Below, one piece after another: positions 38,265 through 50,220 of a DNA stretch of 64,000 nucleotides. Source of the stretch: Raillietiella orientalis (lineage: Eukaryota); the NCBI GenBank assembly GCA_036172245.1, contig JAYWIR010000011.1, positions 1,364,001-1,428,000 of the forward strand, in the 5' to 3' direction. Within the stretch, counting starts at the first letter, position 1. Every line of letters begins with the position of its first letter. Made by a program: the position numbers and the translations under genes. The notes below the pieces were generated by a model that was not told where the DNA came from, searched no databases, and saw nothing but the letters and a program-made list of their open reading frames with translations.

Positions 38265-38908
38265 CAAAGCGCACCTCACCCACTGGACTCGTGGCAGTGT
38301 GGATGCCTTTTGTGCACCGTGCGGAGAGAAGGAGACCTTCTCCCACCTTCTTGTGGAATGCGTCGCCCTCCGCCCCCTCTGGGATCGTCTTCCTACGATC
38401 CTGAACATTGACGGAGGTACACCCAGGTACATTTTCCGGCGACTCTTCTCGCGTGCCTCCTTGCCCCCGGCAGCTTCCTTAGCAGTGCTGTACTGCATAC
38501 GCGGAATCGTGGCGGCATGGAATGCGTCTAGAAGATGCACGAATGGCAGGGATGCCACCCACTGGACGCGAATATTCGCAAGAAAGCTCTCCAGGTGGCC
38601 CCACCTGGGCGTGAACGGGACCCAGCTCGCTAGGATCCTAAATAGGATCTAGAGGACCAATCCACGCGCAGTGTGGTCCCATCCCCGCCCCTCCCCACTC
38701 CCAGAACTTTGTGCCCTCCCTACATTTCTCCTTTTGTTTGTTTTTTGTTTTAATTCTTCCTACCCCGCGCGTTGGATGGACCTCGCCGGGTTTTGCGCCG
38801 GCAACTAGCTTGCTGTTGTGGAGTGGTGAGCCCTTGAGTTCACCACAAGAAAGTAACATGTATTTTTATTTGTTTCAAATAAATGCCCCGGCACATCCGG
38901 GTGATAAC
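38265..38908 (+). mobile_element. Tx1/L1-like 3' fragment with terminus
   Basis: HWTRGSVDAFCAPCGEKETFSHLLVEC..CIRGIVAAW..RWPHLG, stop at 38652, terminus at 38878-38908. Confidence 0.9.
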
Positions 38909-39369
38909 TCACTAGTCCGCCTCATTCCGTTTCCGTGATACCATGATACTTGATGGTTCCCCAACCCATTTTCCTAGGGAGCCCTCCTATCACTCGTTTG
39001 CTGCAGAGCATCATCGTCAACGAACGAAGAATCCGAAGTCTCCCGTTCGTCCACCCTGCACTCGTTCTCTCCTCTGCAAGCATTCACCGCCTGCCTCCAC
39101 CGATTCTTCTCCTTCTCCTCCGAAAATTCTAGTCTCCACTGAGACCTGGCGTCGCCACAACCTGACTTCGAATGCCATGGAAACACAAGAGAGCAAGGGA
39201 CTCGAGAACACACCCATCCCTCCATTTGCGCAGTGTCAATTTACGCGGCCTTCGACGACGCTAGGCCTTCGTATTCTTTTTTTTTTGGAAAGGCATTAAT
39301 AGCCCAACACGCAGTAAGTAACGACTTTTTTTCGAGCTATTCATTACTATTACTATTTTCAACTCATAA

Positions 39370-39860
39370 ATGCTTAGCGAATGCTCAATGATACGGAGGA
39401 AGAGAAAATCTATGTGTTTGCATGCGGAAGTGGAAATTTCGAATCGATTTGAAAAAGGAGGAAAACCCTCATCCATCGCCAAGTCGCAAGGAATGAAGGA
39501 GCCCAATGTCCGGGCGATAGAGGGAAAAAAAATGAAGGAAAGTATCGCAAGCAGTGTGTCATCGAGATCTTTAGCAAGTAATACGTGATCTCATACAAGA
39601 AACAACCCTATAATGGAAAATAGGGAGGAAGCATTGATGAGCTGCATTGAATACGATACTCCAAAGAAAATACCTATAAGCAGTTATGTGGCGAGACAAA
39701 AAGCTGTGGATATTTGTAACAGCTTAAAGAGGCGGGCTTTAGCATCTGATCAAAGGGAATTTTCTGGCAGTAAAGGCTGGTTCGAGAAATTTAAAGAAGG
39801 ATATTCATTTCGCAACCTTCAGTTCTTGCTGCAAAGAAGTGGTTGCATCAGGTGATACGT
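39370..39860 (+). mobile_element. Tigger/pogo (CENP-B-like) transposase N-terminal remnant
   Basis: RRKRKSMCLHAEVEISNRFEKGGKPSSIAKSQGMKEPNVRAI (psq HTH) and MENREEALMSCIE..KKIPIS..ARQKA..EFSGSKGWFEKFK (Tc5/CENP-B HTH); broken by a stop. Confidence 0.88.
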
Positions 39861-40264
39861 CTCCACCGCCAGGAGAAGGGATAAGTGGTGTTCTTCATCT
39901 ATCAAATGAATTCGAGGAATGTGGAGGCCTCGGCAATTTCAATGTGGATGATAGGAACGCATTGCTGATCGATCTCTGCTTGACCGATACTGAGTGAATC
40001 CACACGGTATCGGAAACCCATCCTGCCACTGAAAGTGGCAGTGGACACGAAGAACCAGTTTCATCCACCGCAGAGGACACTCGGGAAAAAGCCCTTCATC
40101 TGGCCGCAAGACTGGAAGGTGCTATTCTAGACATCGATCCAAACGTCCGACGAGCTTGAAATTTCGACAAGATTTCAAAGAAACGTTGCAGAGGATATCA
40201 GGCAACTTACGGCAAGTATTTTCATAGCTGATACTGGTTTTTCTCAGCAGCATCTTTTTCCGTA

Positions 40265-40318
40265 ACAGCAGACTCGATTTACGCGATTTTCATCCGCGTA
40301 AAAAGAAAATCCACGTGG
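40265..40318. mobile_element. Possible tiny Tigger-like MITE remnant
   Basis: CAGCAGACTCGATTTACGCG...CGCGTAAA inverted pair resembles pogo/Tigger TIRs; a similar ATTTACGCG occurs at ~39239. Confidence 0.35.
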
Positions 40319-41149
40319 CGCGGACAATCCACTTGAATGGAGGGATGGTGGTTTCGGCGTGTATTCAGCGGACGAAATGCACCTATGAGGTCACGAGGCA
40401 GAAAAAGGCACGAAGCACACGGTCCACGCGGCATTCATTGCTGCATACAGCACTGATTTTCTGTTCGAGGAGGAAGGCCTTCTGTTCTTGAGCTCCTTGT
40501 CATCAGGGCTGTTAGGATCAGCCTCCCGTTTTCCGACAGCTTGAGGAATGGTTGCCGTGGCGGACCACACGTGCACAAGCGCTCAACGACCTTAAAAAAC
40601 CGCTCAGAAGAATGCTCTTCAGGTTCGCGTAAACTTCTGGAATGACTCCGACGAGCGCTTGCTCAAACCTTTGACATGGACCTGTGCGCCCATATCATAT
40701 GACTACTTGGTCCATGATATCTAGAACTGGAGTTTCTTTTCATGGTTGGGTAACGTCGTCAGGTATTGCATGGATCGGGGCTTCGAGGTCCTATTCCGTT
40801 CAGCATCATTTTTCCTGCCGCAGTGTGATGGTCGCTGCTTAAAATTTCATTGCTTCCTGGTGTTTCTCTCGATTCTGTAAGTCGACAAGCTTCTTCGAAT
40901 TCAAATTCTCGGGATGTTCGTTCAGCTGTCGAGCAAACTGCCGATGACTGAGGAGTCTTTTCCTCCCTGGATAGTGTAGAGTTCAGTAAAGTGTTCGATC
41001 TCTGTACTCATTTGAAGGCACTTCGTCTTGACCAAAGTGGACGCTTCCAGCGGCACAGTAGGCACGCAGAACGGATGAGGTTCTTCGATAGCCTGAAGCA
41101 CGACGGGCTGCCGGAGGCACAGTGCGCGAAAGGCACACCTGATGGATGG

Positions 41150-42594
41150 AGATTTCAACCTCCACTTCAGGATGCTGGCTTGGGCATCCTGATATTGGAA
41201 AGAATCGGACTGCAAGTGCAGTTCCGAATGCTGGCGCCGCGTGCCAAGCTGTGGACTCCCCCGTTGTGCGCTCCTGCACGCATTCTTCTACGGAGATGCG
41301 CCTGCAGCGAAGGATTGCTCTCGTTGGTGCCGGGCACTCAGTACAGGATGCGGGGTTTCGGAATCCCATTGAGGCAATTGACCTCACTTCTGGAAACCCA
41401 AACGTGGATCTCCTGCCTCCCAATGAACTTCAACGCTTGACGGCAGGAAGCTGTTGAGTCCTGGGTTGCGTTCCAGGAAATGCGCCCTGAAGATCTTTGC
41501 CCCCTGCGACATCTCCTACCTCTACCACTGGGAGAGTAATGCAGGACGCAGTAAAGCTTTCAGCACTGTTCGCCACGCCTCTTGCTGCAGCACTGTCTGC
41601 ACTCAAGGCAAGCGATGACAGGAGTCTAGCAACGAGGTGGGAGTTTTCCTGCCCCGTCGTGGGAAAAACCAGACTCCTTGGCGGCTGGAAGACGCGCGAG
41701 CTGGCGGATGCTGCCACTCCGCTTGCCGTGGCGACGGGATTCCTTCAGTGGGGCTAACTTTTGAGTGTTATCTCCGAAGAACTTGTCGTCCCTCCCTATG
41801 GTTCTCACAGTTCCTTGATCTCCCTCGCCTGGAAACAAGCCATACTGCTCTTCATCCACAGAGAATTCCAGTATAATGAGCGACCGCATCAAGTTTCCGG
41901 AGGAGTTGCATCTCCGAACTGTGGCAGGTACGAGTCGCCGGAGTCGATCCCGCACATGCTTTTGGACTGCAGTACCCTCCAAGAACTGTGGCGGAGCCTG
42001 GCAACGGCACTTATGCACCAGAAGGATACCGTAAGAGACGTGCTGCGGTGGTTCTTTGCTCCCAGAGGTCTCTCCACGGGCCACGTTATTGCAACCATGG
42101 GTTGCATCCTCGCCATCGCTTCGGCCCGACAGGTGCTGGAAATCACCGGGCATCAAAGGAAGTTCATCAGGATGGCAGCCAATTACATCGGGGCGGCTGC
42201 CAAGTGGTCTCACCTGGGAGAAAAAGCAATGCGACATCCACTGCCGGTTGATGGCCGGTTTGGGACGGCGAACCCGGTAATCCTTGTCCTCTTCCTCCTT
42301 TTATTTATTTATTTTTTTTTTAGTCCCCCGTTCCCTTACGCTCTGTGACTTTCTTGGTGAATTTCGTTTATATCCCGGTGATTGCGGAGCGTTACCAAAG
42401 ATCTTTACCCCTCCCCTCCATCTTGTTTTTGTTTTTTTGCTGTTGTCCCCATGTTCCTCCCCCATTCCGGACTATCCGTTATCCCGCCTTGCATGCCGGT
42501 GGATTCTCCCCTATGTTTCTTTGTTGTATTGGTTGTGGTCTTTGTTCCTCACCTCTTTATTTAATAAACGACCCGGCGTGACCGGGTGATAAAT
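41150..42594 (+). mobile_element. Tx1/L1-like 3' half, subfamily B
   Basis: GLGILILERI..KLWTPPLCAPARILL..LAWKQAILLFIH..VSGGVASPNCGRYESPESIPHMLLDC..KWSHLG; terminus at 42563-42594. Confidence 0.9.
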
Positions 42595-43594
42595 TTCAAC
42601 CTCCGCCATGGGTCGGTGAACGAGGGAGAGTGAGGATCGACCACTTCCGACCATTGCCGGCTGGAGTCCGAGGTCCGAGATTTGACATACGACTCCTCGT
42701 CGGAAAGCGTTCCGCTAGAAAACATCAACTCAACCATCCATTAAATGCGCCCATAGAAGACGCATTCCGTCAGATGGGCACAAAGCCTCCTGACCAGGAG
42801 GTGGGAACCACAGCGCCACCATCACTACAGTGATGCGTGGGCTCGTCTCTTGCCGGCGACTGCGCATTGTCTGTTGGAACGTCAACGTGCTGCGGGACTA
42901 CGACAAGAGGAGGGACATAGCCGCCACTCTACGAGCCTATCGAACAGGTGCTTCTGCAAGAGTCACACAAGCTGAACGCAGAAGAAGTCGAGGAAATCGA
43001 AAGGATCGAAGGTGGTCAGCTGCTGTGGCGCGTACAGGTTCGGCCCACTCCCGCGGAGTGGTCCTGCTGAAACCAGCCGTCGACAACTCCCTGCGCGACA
43101 TGCATTTCGGGGTGGAAGGTCGAGTGGAACGGCTTGCGGTGAAGTGGTCCGACTCGATTCACCTCGTGGTCACGAAAGCGTACGCGCGCAGCGCCACCAA
43201 CAGGCGCGGAAAACGCACGGCGTTCTATGAAGGACTGAGGAGCGATTGCCTGGTCGAAGCAGGCGTGCGGAGGGCGCACTTGATAGCCGGGGACTCCAAC
43301 GCCCGCCCGCTGTCAGGTGCGCCGAACGGACCAGCAGATCTGGTCGACAAGATGTGCACACGCGCAACTTGTGGACCGGAGTAGCCGTGGTGGAGGAAAG
43401 CATTAACCACGTGTTCCTGGACAACCACTTGTAGTCACAAGTGGGAAATCGAAGAGCCATGAGGTCAACGCTGTCGGACCACTCTCGGCTTGTGCTCGAG
43501 ATACATCCACGCGACAGAGGCCCGCCCTCCCAAGCATGGCGCCTGCCAGAGGGCTGGTTGAACCTCGCAGGAGCAGCGGGGACATCTCGGCGAA
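42595..43594 (+). mobile_element. Tx1/L1-like ORF1 end and endonuclease
   Basis: TGATG stop/start at 42831; CWNVNVLRD, SRGVVLL, AHLIAGDSN, INHVFLD, TLSDHSRL. Confidence 0.88.
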
Positions 43595-43830
43595 CACTGG
43601 ATCTTCTGCTAAGAAGAAAGATCTTGTGTTGACACCAGTTGTAGCACACTCGGAACAACAGTCCAACTGATTGATTCTCAATGAATTGAAACTGTAGTAA
43701 TTGAGGCTATTTAAAACATTTCACATTCGTTGAGTGACACAGGATCACTAGACTAATTTCAGTAAATTAGATTTAATCGTATGTCAGATTCAATCTTTAT
43801 CCCAATACACCTCAAACAACTATCACTAGC

Positions 43831-44575
43831 ATGGCGGAAAGATCAGAGCTGAAAATGCTGGCCTTATCCGAACCGGCCAGGGAAGCTAACCTTCAGCTTC
43901 ACCCACAATTTAGTGTGAGTTACTCAGGGAAGTCCTGTCACACGAATAGCATTATGATACACTTTCTCTCAGAACCAGGACGCATAGGTTTGCTCACGAC
44001 CAAGCTATTATCGGAATATTGGCCTGCGTCTGGTCAGGAAATGGCATTTATGTGCTTAATTGCAGTGATCGGCTTCTTAATGTTCTTTTTAGAGCCAAAT
44101 CAGATAATGAGTAACAGTGGGCTTAATGCTGGGCTTAGAATTGCGGGGATTTGAGTAAATTACAAGCCATTGAACAATGAGGAAATGAATCAGCTGAAAA
44201 ATGATGAGGACGTTATACGATGCTTTTCTGTGTTCCCTGGCTCAGTTGATGTGTATAAATACTTGGACGATTATGAAAATCCCCTTTTTTCAGGGGCTAT
44301 TATCGTATTAACCATTGCCAAACAGGTTAACCCTGAGGGGTGTTCTGGGTGGTACGACAATAGGGTTAGGACTTTCTGCGGGGTCAGTGGTCTAGTCGAT
44401 CATCTCAACAAATGGTCTGACTTGTGCTCTCCCCCACAAAAATCAATGACTACAGGTGATATGTCGGTGAATATCGAAACACAGACGTCAATCTTTAGAA
44501 CATGCAATGGTTGCTCAAAAGGCAACCATCTATTTAATGCTACACCAAGAGAAGTGATTCACTTCTCACACGGAG
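43831..44575 (+). pseudogene. Endogenous viral element: negative-strand RNA virus nucleoprotein-like (Lispi/Xinmo/Chu-like), 3'-truncated
   Basis: ORFs 43831-44154 and 44170-44634 are one frame split by a single TGA. Motif GAIIVLTIAKQVNPEGCSGWYDNRVRTFCGVSG..W...SPP..IFRTC..REVIHF recalls arthropod mononega/chuvirus N. Intronless and lower GC than its flanks. Confidence 0.7.
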
Positions 44576-44880
44576 CACTGGATCTTCTGTTGGGGAATAC
44601 CATGATTGAAGCAATCGTTCAAGCCACTTCCTGATGCTGTCATGAATGAAGATCAGGGGGCAATGGACAGGAATGTCCACGTATCTGCTAGGGATGAACG
44701 CGGAAGCGTTCCACTGCACCTCCCTGCAGAACGAACGGCTGACCGCAGGTCAGAGTTGCCGTTTCTCAGCAGCCGTGCCGGCGTTGGTGCCTTCGGTGAA
44801 AAAGGGATGGCAGCTGTGCGACGGAGAATGGATCCCTCACTACGCTGAAAGCATGGCGCCAGCGTGAACTGTCGGTTCCA

Positions 44881-46130
44881 ATTTGTTGACATTTTCAAAT
44901 TTCTTGATTTTACTTTTATTTTGGGGGTTTTGAATAGTATTAATTTCACTTCTGATAGGGACATTGCCTTTCTCGATTGATTTCCGACGCCTTCTTCATC
45001 GTTTTTAACTAGTTTAATAGTTTCCCACAACACTTTGCGTTTATTTCCAAAAACATAAGGTAAATAAGTCATTAGTACACTCAATAATTCTTCGTAACAC
45101 CCTCCAAAGAAAAGTTTTTGTGCACGATTGTACTATAGTTTATGGATTTTATTTCTTCTACGATATGTTATAAATAATTGCTCGAACCGTTTCACTTGAC
45201 AAAATTTCTCTAAACTGTATAACACAATGTGGTTTTTGCATTTTCCTTTTAAGGTTTCGTGATGTTTTTCAACTCGACGGTCGCCACCACTTCATATGAA
45301 TATTTCGGCATCTTTGCTAATTTCGGATGCATCCATTCATTTGAAAATTTTGCTTATAAAATTAGTAATGCTTGCCTTCTCATTTTTCTTCATTGCTGTT
45401 GGTTCATTTCGCGGCAAGCTCTTCTCCTTTTTAATTACCTTTTCCTCTTTTAGTTGATTTTTCTTTATCACTACCAATATGATAAGATGAAAAGAGAATA
45501 TTGTTTTCAACTCTTTTTTTATTTTCTTACACAGCTCCAAAAGTTCCATCAATTCGAATGCATAAAACGTCCTCTGTAATTTTAATTTTTTTTTACTTTT
45601 ATTTTTTATATAATCAACATTATCCAAAAAATTAGCTTTTTCCAATGTATCTGATAATGTTTCCCCCCCTTAATATGACAATGCTCTGGAGCATCTGAAA
45701 TATCTTTCTATCTTTTTGCATCCCCCCAAATCAAGTGAATCTTAAATGTGGGTCAATTTTTTCACATCTCCTTTGAACCCAGTTTTTCATCTCACGGATC
45801 ACGGTTTCCATTTTTGTTTGCTTCCTTGCCACAGAGAACGTATCTGTCTTGAACATTCTGTCTTGAATGCACTTGGCAATACTGATACAACTTCACCTCC
45901 TTGTAATACTTTTCCTTGTTCATACCATTTAAACATCATATCTCCTTCTATTGAAATTCTTCCACTTATTCTCTTGTTGCTTCAGTTTTATTTTCTCTAG
46001 AATTTCTCTATGATTTTTTTTTATCCTGTAAATCCACTGTTTGCCATCCTTTCTTATTGAAAAAATCACATAATTACAAAATCATACTTTGCCAGTTATA
46101 TTGTAAGCGGAGCTTTATTTCAAAATACGA
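44881..46130 (-). pseudogene. Endogenous viral element: orthomyxovirus-like polymerase PA subunit, C-terminal half
   Basis: Frameshifted AT-rich frame with motifs in PA order: KWKP.SVREMKNWVQR, LRFT*FGGMQKDRKIFQMLQSI (cf. influenza [20 protein letters not shown]), LEKFC, LFFGGCYEELLSVLMTYLPYVF (cf. [21 protein letters not shown]). Confidence 0.55.
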
Positions 46131-46189
46131 GGTTCCACAAACATCAATAACCAAAATCGAATTACTAGTCTTGAACACTCAAATCAAAA

Positions 46190-47030
46190 GTATGACTGAT
46201 TATAATTTTGGTTGTGATTGAAAAGTGTTTGGAGATTTTGCATCGCCAAGTTTTTGTCAAGTTTGTTTCGGCTGGCCGTGGGACAAATCCAACTTGAAAT
46301 CAGATGGCTGAAAGATTGGTTTTTACTTCCATGATGCTGGCTCTAAAACAATCCGTAGGTATGCCGATACGCACGAAGAATCTTCTTGAGGGCCGTGGTT
46401 TAGGTTGTGTGACCGTCGCTATGGTAACCATGGCATCAATTGAGGTCGCCCTCATGCAAATGGAATCGTTTGACCGAAAGATGCCGAAGAAGGTGGCATC
46501 GTGACTTTTCCCAGCGGAGAACCAACTTCTTTTACTGGTCATGCCCATGGTAATATAAAATTATGGGGAAAGTTGGCAAGGGAGGCGGCATGTGATCAGT
46601 GGCATAGCTACAGATGGATCACTATCCATGTGCAAGAGAAAGAAACTTCAACTGGTAGGGAATTTGAAGGAGATGTAATAACTTGGGCGCATCGATGTTT
46701 TGTTGGAAAAGCTTAAAAGTACCGAATGAAAAATTTGCTGATAATTATGGTAATGAGCAGTAGAATGTAGATGCTCCGATTCCAGTTTAAGGATTATCAC
46801 GAACATCCCAAGGATGAGATAACCTTAAAAGACAGTGTGCTTTACAGTTATGACTTATCTTCATCAGACATTCCAATCCACTTGGCTTTAATCCTCTTGA
46901 CAAATACCACGTCTTGGATGGAAAATTTGCAACACCATATTTACCTCGAAGTGAAGGAGTTGGAAACGATTTGGAAAGAACAAAGTCAAGCGTGGTCAGC
47001 AAAGGTGAAAAGGTCTTCGACGGGTTGACA
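46190..47030 (+). pseudogene. Possible viral glycoprotein fragment
   Basis: ATG followed by hydrophobic LIIILVVI (signal peptide-like, frameshifted), then a mostly open Cys/Trp-rich frame (FCQVCFGWPW..WFRLCDRRYGNHG..IKLWGKLAREAACDQW..HRCF). No family motif recognised with certainty. Confidence 0.3.
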
Positions 47031-47163
47031 GCTCTTCACTGCCGTTTGACAACGGGCGCGGTTCGAAACCAAAACAAAAAGAAGCTTAAATGAAGGCCTT
47101 ACAGTTTGTAACTTGAAACAAAATGTTTTTATTAATTTTTTCTGCAAGTTTTGAGCAAGAGCG

Positions 47164-47857
47164 AGTGTACGATTTCACTCGTTTTTTTTTTAATGAGTTT
47201 ACGTACAAAGTCACGTTTTTGGGTGATTATGGATCGGTTGATTCGTCGCGAGTCGGATGGTAAAAAAAAAAAAGACTTTGGAAATTTGGGAAAATGCAGC
47301 TGAGCTTTAGGGGCGGATCGCAACGGGAAAACGGGAAAAAGTTTGATGTTGTTTGCGAAAGATTCGGAGAACGCTTAGGCGAACCTTTTCGCCCGGCCCT
47401 TGCGAGTTCTCCCGGGCACCTTGGAAGGGGCGGAGAAGCTTCTCTTTTCGTTTTTCGAAGATGGCCGCGAGCCCGGGTTGCGCGCATGCTTGGAACGCAG
47501 TGCCGGAAGGATGGGAAGGGGTGTTGAGGGGAGCAATCGGTTCGATTGCAACCGGAAGAAGCGATTTGAGGGAAGAAAGCCGCTTGCGAAAGACATGGCG
47601 GCGGTGCTCGGAGGCAGCGGAATGCTCCGTGGGCAAACGGCGAACGGGAACTTTGCTGGGCTGAAAGGGTGAGGCTTAAATGGGTGGATTGAGGAAGCGT
47701 AAGTGCCCGCGTCGGAGGCTGTGGGGCTGCGGTCTCCGCGCGTGGTGCCAAGCGCCGCGGGTTCGAATACGCTCGGCGGGAGTGGACGCTGCGCCGTCCC
47801 CCCCCCGAGTTTCTCTCCCCGCAGGATGGGCGCTGTTGGTTCTCGTTCGGGTGCGGC
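47164..47857 (+). repeat. Left arm of ~700 bp inverted repeat (partner 59317-60014)
   Basis: Reverse complement of 59317-60014; the differences seen are length changes in homopolymer tracts. The ORF track gives identical peptides on opposite strands. Confidence 0.97.
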
Positions 47858-47960
47858 TCCGGTAGCGATCCAGACGGTGATGCACCCCACCGATGAGTGT
47901 TGGTCCCTTCGGGGAAGAACAGCAGCGCACGTGTGTGCTCAATGCATGTTCCTCGTGGAT
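47705..47960 (+). repeat. tRNA-derived SINE-like or Pol III repeat, copy 1
   Basis: Starts GCCCGCGTCGG, B-box GGTTCGAATAC at 47760-47770, TTAAAT at -29 to -24. Confidence 0.55.
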
Positions 47961-48459
47961 TCAGCCAGTTGTATGAACACACGACAACACTTTTTGTGGG
48001 GGGAGGGGGAGGGTGCCGTGGGAAGGGGATGGCTTCTCACGGGCACAGCCACCACCACCCACCTACCAAGAATGTTGAAAGCTTCTGTTGAAGAGTAGAA
48101 ATCCTTCCGTCCGGATGGTGGGTGCTCATTCTCTCACCTTCGCGCAGGGGGATGCGGGGCGTGGCCGCAAAACCGACCGGCAATCCGCGTACAGCATGGA
48201 ATGTTGTGGCTCCCGGAGCATGCGGAGAGCGTTTCCTGGACCGTCAGGGTGCCCGAGGCTCTCTCACCAAAGTGGGCCCGTACCGGTGGCACCAGCTTCA
48301 TCGCCATCCAACCGATAATCAGTTCTTCATTCCCTGCCTACATCATCTTGCCATACGTTTTTCCGTAATAGATGATGAATGGGTTTCAGCATCACTCATA
48401 AATTCGGATTTGTCAACAAAACGTGGTGCGCCTCTTCGCTCTGCTGCGGAGGTGAGCCC

Positions 48460-49720
48460 CGCCGCTCCTCGAACCGGCATCGTGGCGGCTTCCTTGCTCG
48501 TGGACCCTCGTACGACCAAGTGTCCTTCCAAATCGGACCAGTGGCCACCTATGTACGTTCTTGGAGAAGAATCGTCCCGGCTTTACCTGGCGGGAACGCC
48601 GGCAGCAGAGCTCGGAAGGAGCGATCAGCTTGCGAGCGCGGACGGGAGGGCGCGTTCCGGGGTCGGTCGTGCTTCACCTGGCCGGCTGGATCTGCTCTCC
48701 GAGACAACGGGCGGTGGCGAGCGTGAGCAACTGCCTGTGATGAAGGCCGTCGTGCCCGCCGCTCCATCAGGCCATGGCTCGGGAGGCAAGGTTCTGTGGC
48801 TGTGGGGAGCGCTCCTGTTCCCGATGCAACCTTCCGCATTCAGGAAGCGCGCGAGACGGTGAATTCTTCACTCCGTGGATGCTCTCTCAGCAGAGGCAAG
48901 GCCCCCAGGCGTTTACTGCAGAGTGGAACGAACGCAGTTCCAGGGAGCAGCCGCAAGACTACTCCAACCCACCCACTGCTAATTCATTCGATCGTTCCCT
49001 TTGTTCCTTCTCCCTGCATCCTCTCTCTACCTGATCGCGCCACCAGTGAGCGCTGGCCACTCCGACCTTGGGCTGGTTCTGCGACCTCTCTGAACCGCAT
49101 TTTACTTGTTTCGTATCGAGTCGCAGCCCTCAGCATCGCGTCGAAGCCCGCAGAACTTCGGTCCGATGCTTCGAGACGAACGAGGCCAAAAACAAACAAA
49201 CAGATCAATGCGGAAAGAACTGCAGGAAAGGAACGATTCGGGAGGAATAGTGGGAAGCACCAATAGCGTTTCCGAATGAGGAGGTACTCCAGAATGCTCC
49301 GGGGACCTTCAGATGGAGCAGCTGGGATGCGTGGGCGAATCATACGACTGTGCACTCCTCCGTACCGGGACTCCTCGCTTCGAAGCCCTACAAGGAGCGC
49401 TTATTGTGCACTCTGGAAAAGGAGACAAAAGAACGCCAAAGGACACGGGAGGTTCTGGTGCATCTGCGTTTACGAGTTCCAAGGTTGTTTTTGCCCTTGC
49501 GTGCAAGAGCGTCGCACTTGGGAGGAGGGCTGGCTGCTACTCAACGATGGGGCCAGTGCTCAACCGGAAGCCAGGCCACTTTTTCTCCTGGCCTGCGAAC
49601 GCGTCCGCTCTTCAAGGTGCACCTCGCATACTCCCTTGAGGCGAAATTTCCCACGAGGAGTCGTCCAGGGTGGCAAGAAAAAGGTCTGCCACGTTTTGGG
49701 CAGTATCGAGCACAGCATTT
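48460..49720 (+). mobile_element. Decayed Tx1/L1-like ORF1 fragments
   Basis: GFLARGPSYDQVSFQIG resembles YLASGYNPCLRYKVG; QGGKKKVCHVLGSIEHSI is a degenerate knuckle. Confidence 0.5.
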
Positions 49721-49721
49721 A

Positions 49722-50220
49722 TTCCCTCAGAACTCTCCAGGACGTTTATTTTATAAAAATGAAACACCAGCTACAGAGGAAGAAGGACATCCCCTCAAAA
49801 GACAAGAAAGGCCCCAAAGCAAGAAGTCCGGCCAGGGTAACCACCGACACGCAGGTCGGCTTCCAAAAAGTAGGGAACGGAGGGGATGGATAATAAAGAA
49901 AGAAAGAAAGAAAGATCGGAGGGTGGAGACAGGGGTCTTTGGTATTAGACGTTCCTGAATTTCTAGAAGCGGCTGTTGATGGTGGCGGTCTCCCTGGCGA
50001 ATTCTTCTGGAAGACAGGCCGCCTTGCTGCTGCCATGCTGGTGATCTCTGTTCGCCCCGAACTTGACTCCAGCACGTGGCAGACTGTCACTATGGCGCGG
50101 ATGCAACATCTCGTTGCGATCACAGCGCCGTGTGGGTCGGGCGTGCATTGGCGCGTCCAGCGAGTTTGGTGAGTGGTGTGGAATGTGGCTATTGGGCGTC
50201 GACCCGACGCCTGGAATGCC
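49722..50220 (-). mobile_element. Tx1/L1-like 3' fragment, subfamily B, degenerate terminus
   Basis: GAVIATRCCIRAIVTVCHVLESSS; ends AATAAACGTCCTGG-AGAGT-TCTGAGG. Confidence 0.8.

Noticed and set aside
47705..47780. Functional tRNA gene
   Set aside because: T-stem and anticodon stem are mismatched, there is no clean acceptor stem, and the copies are highly divergent.
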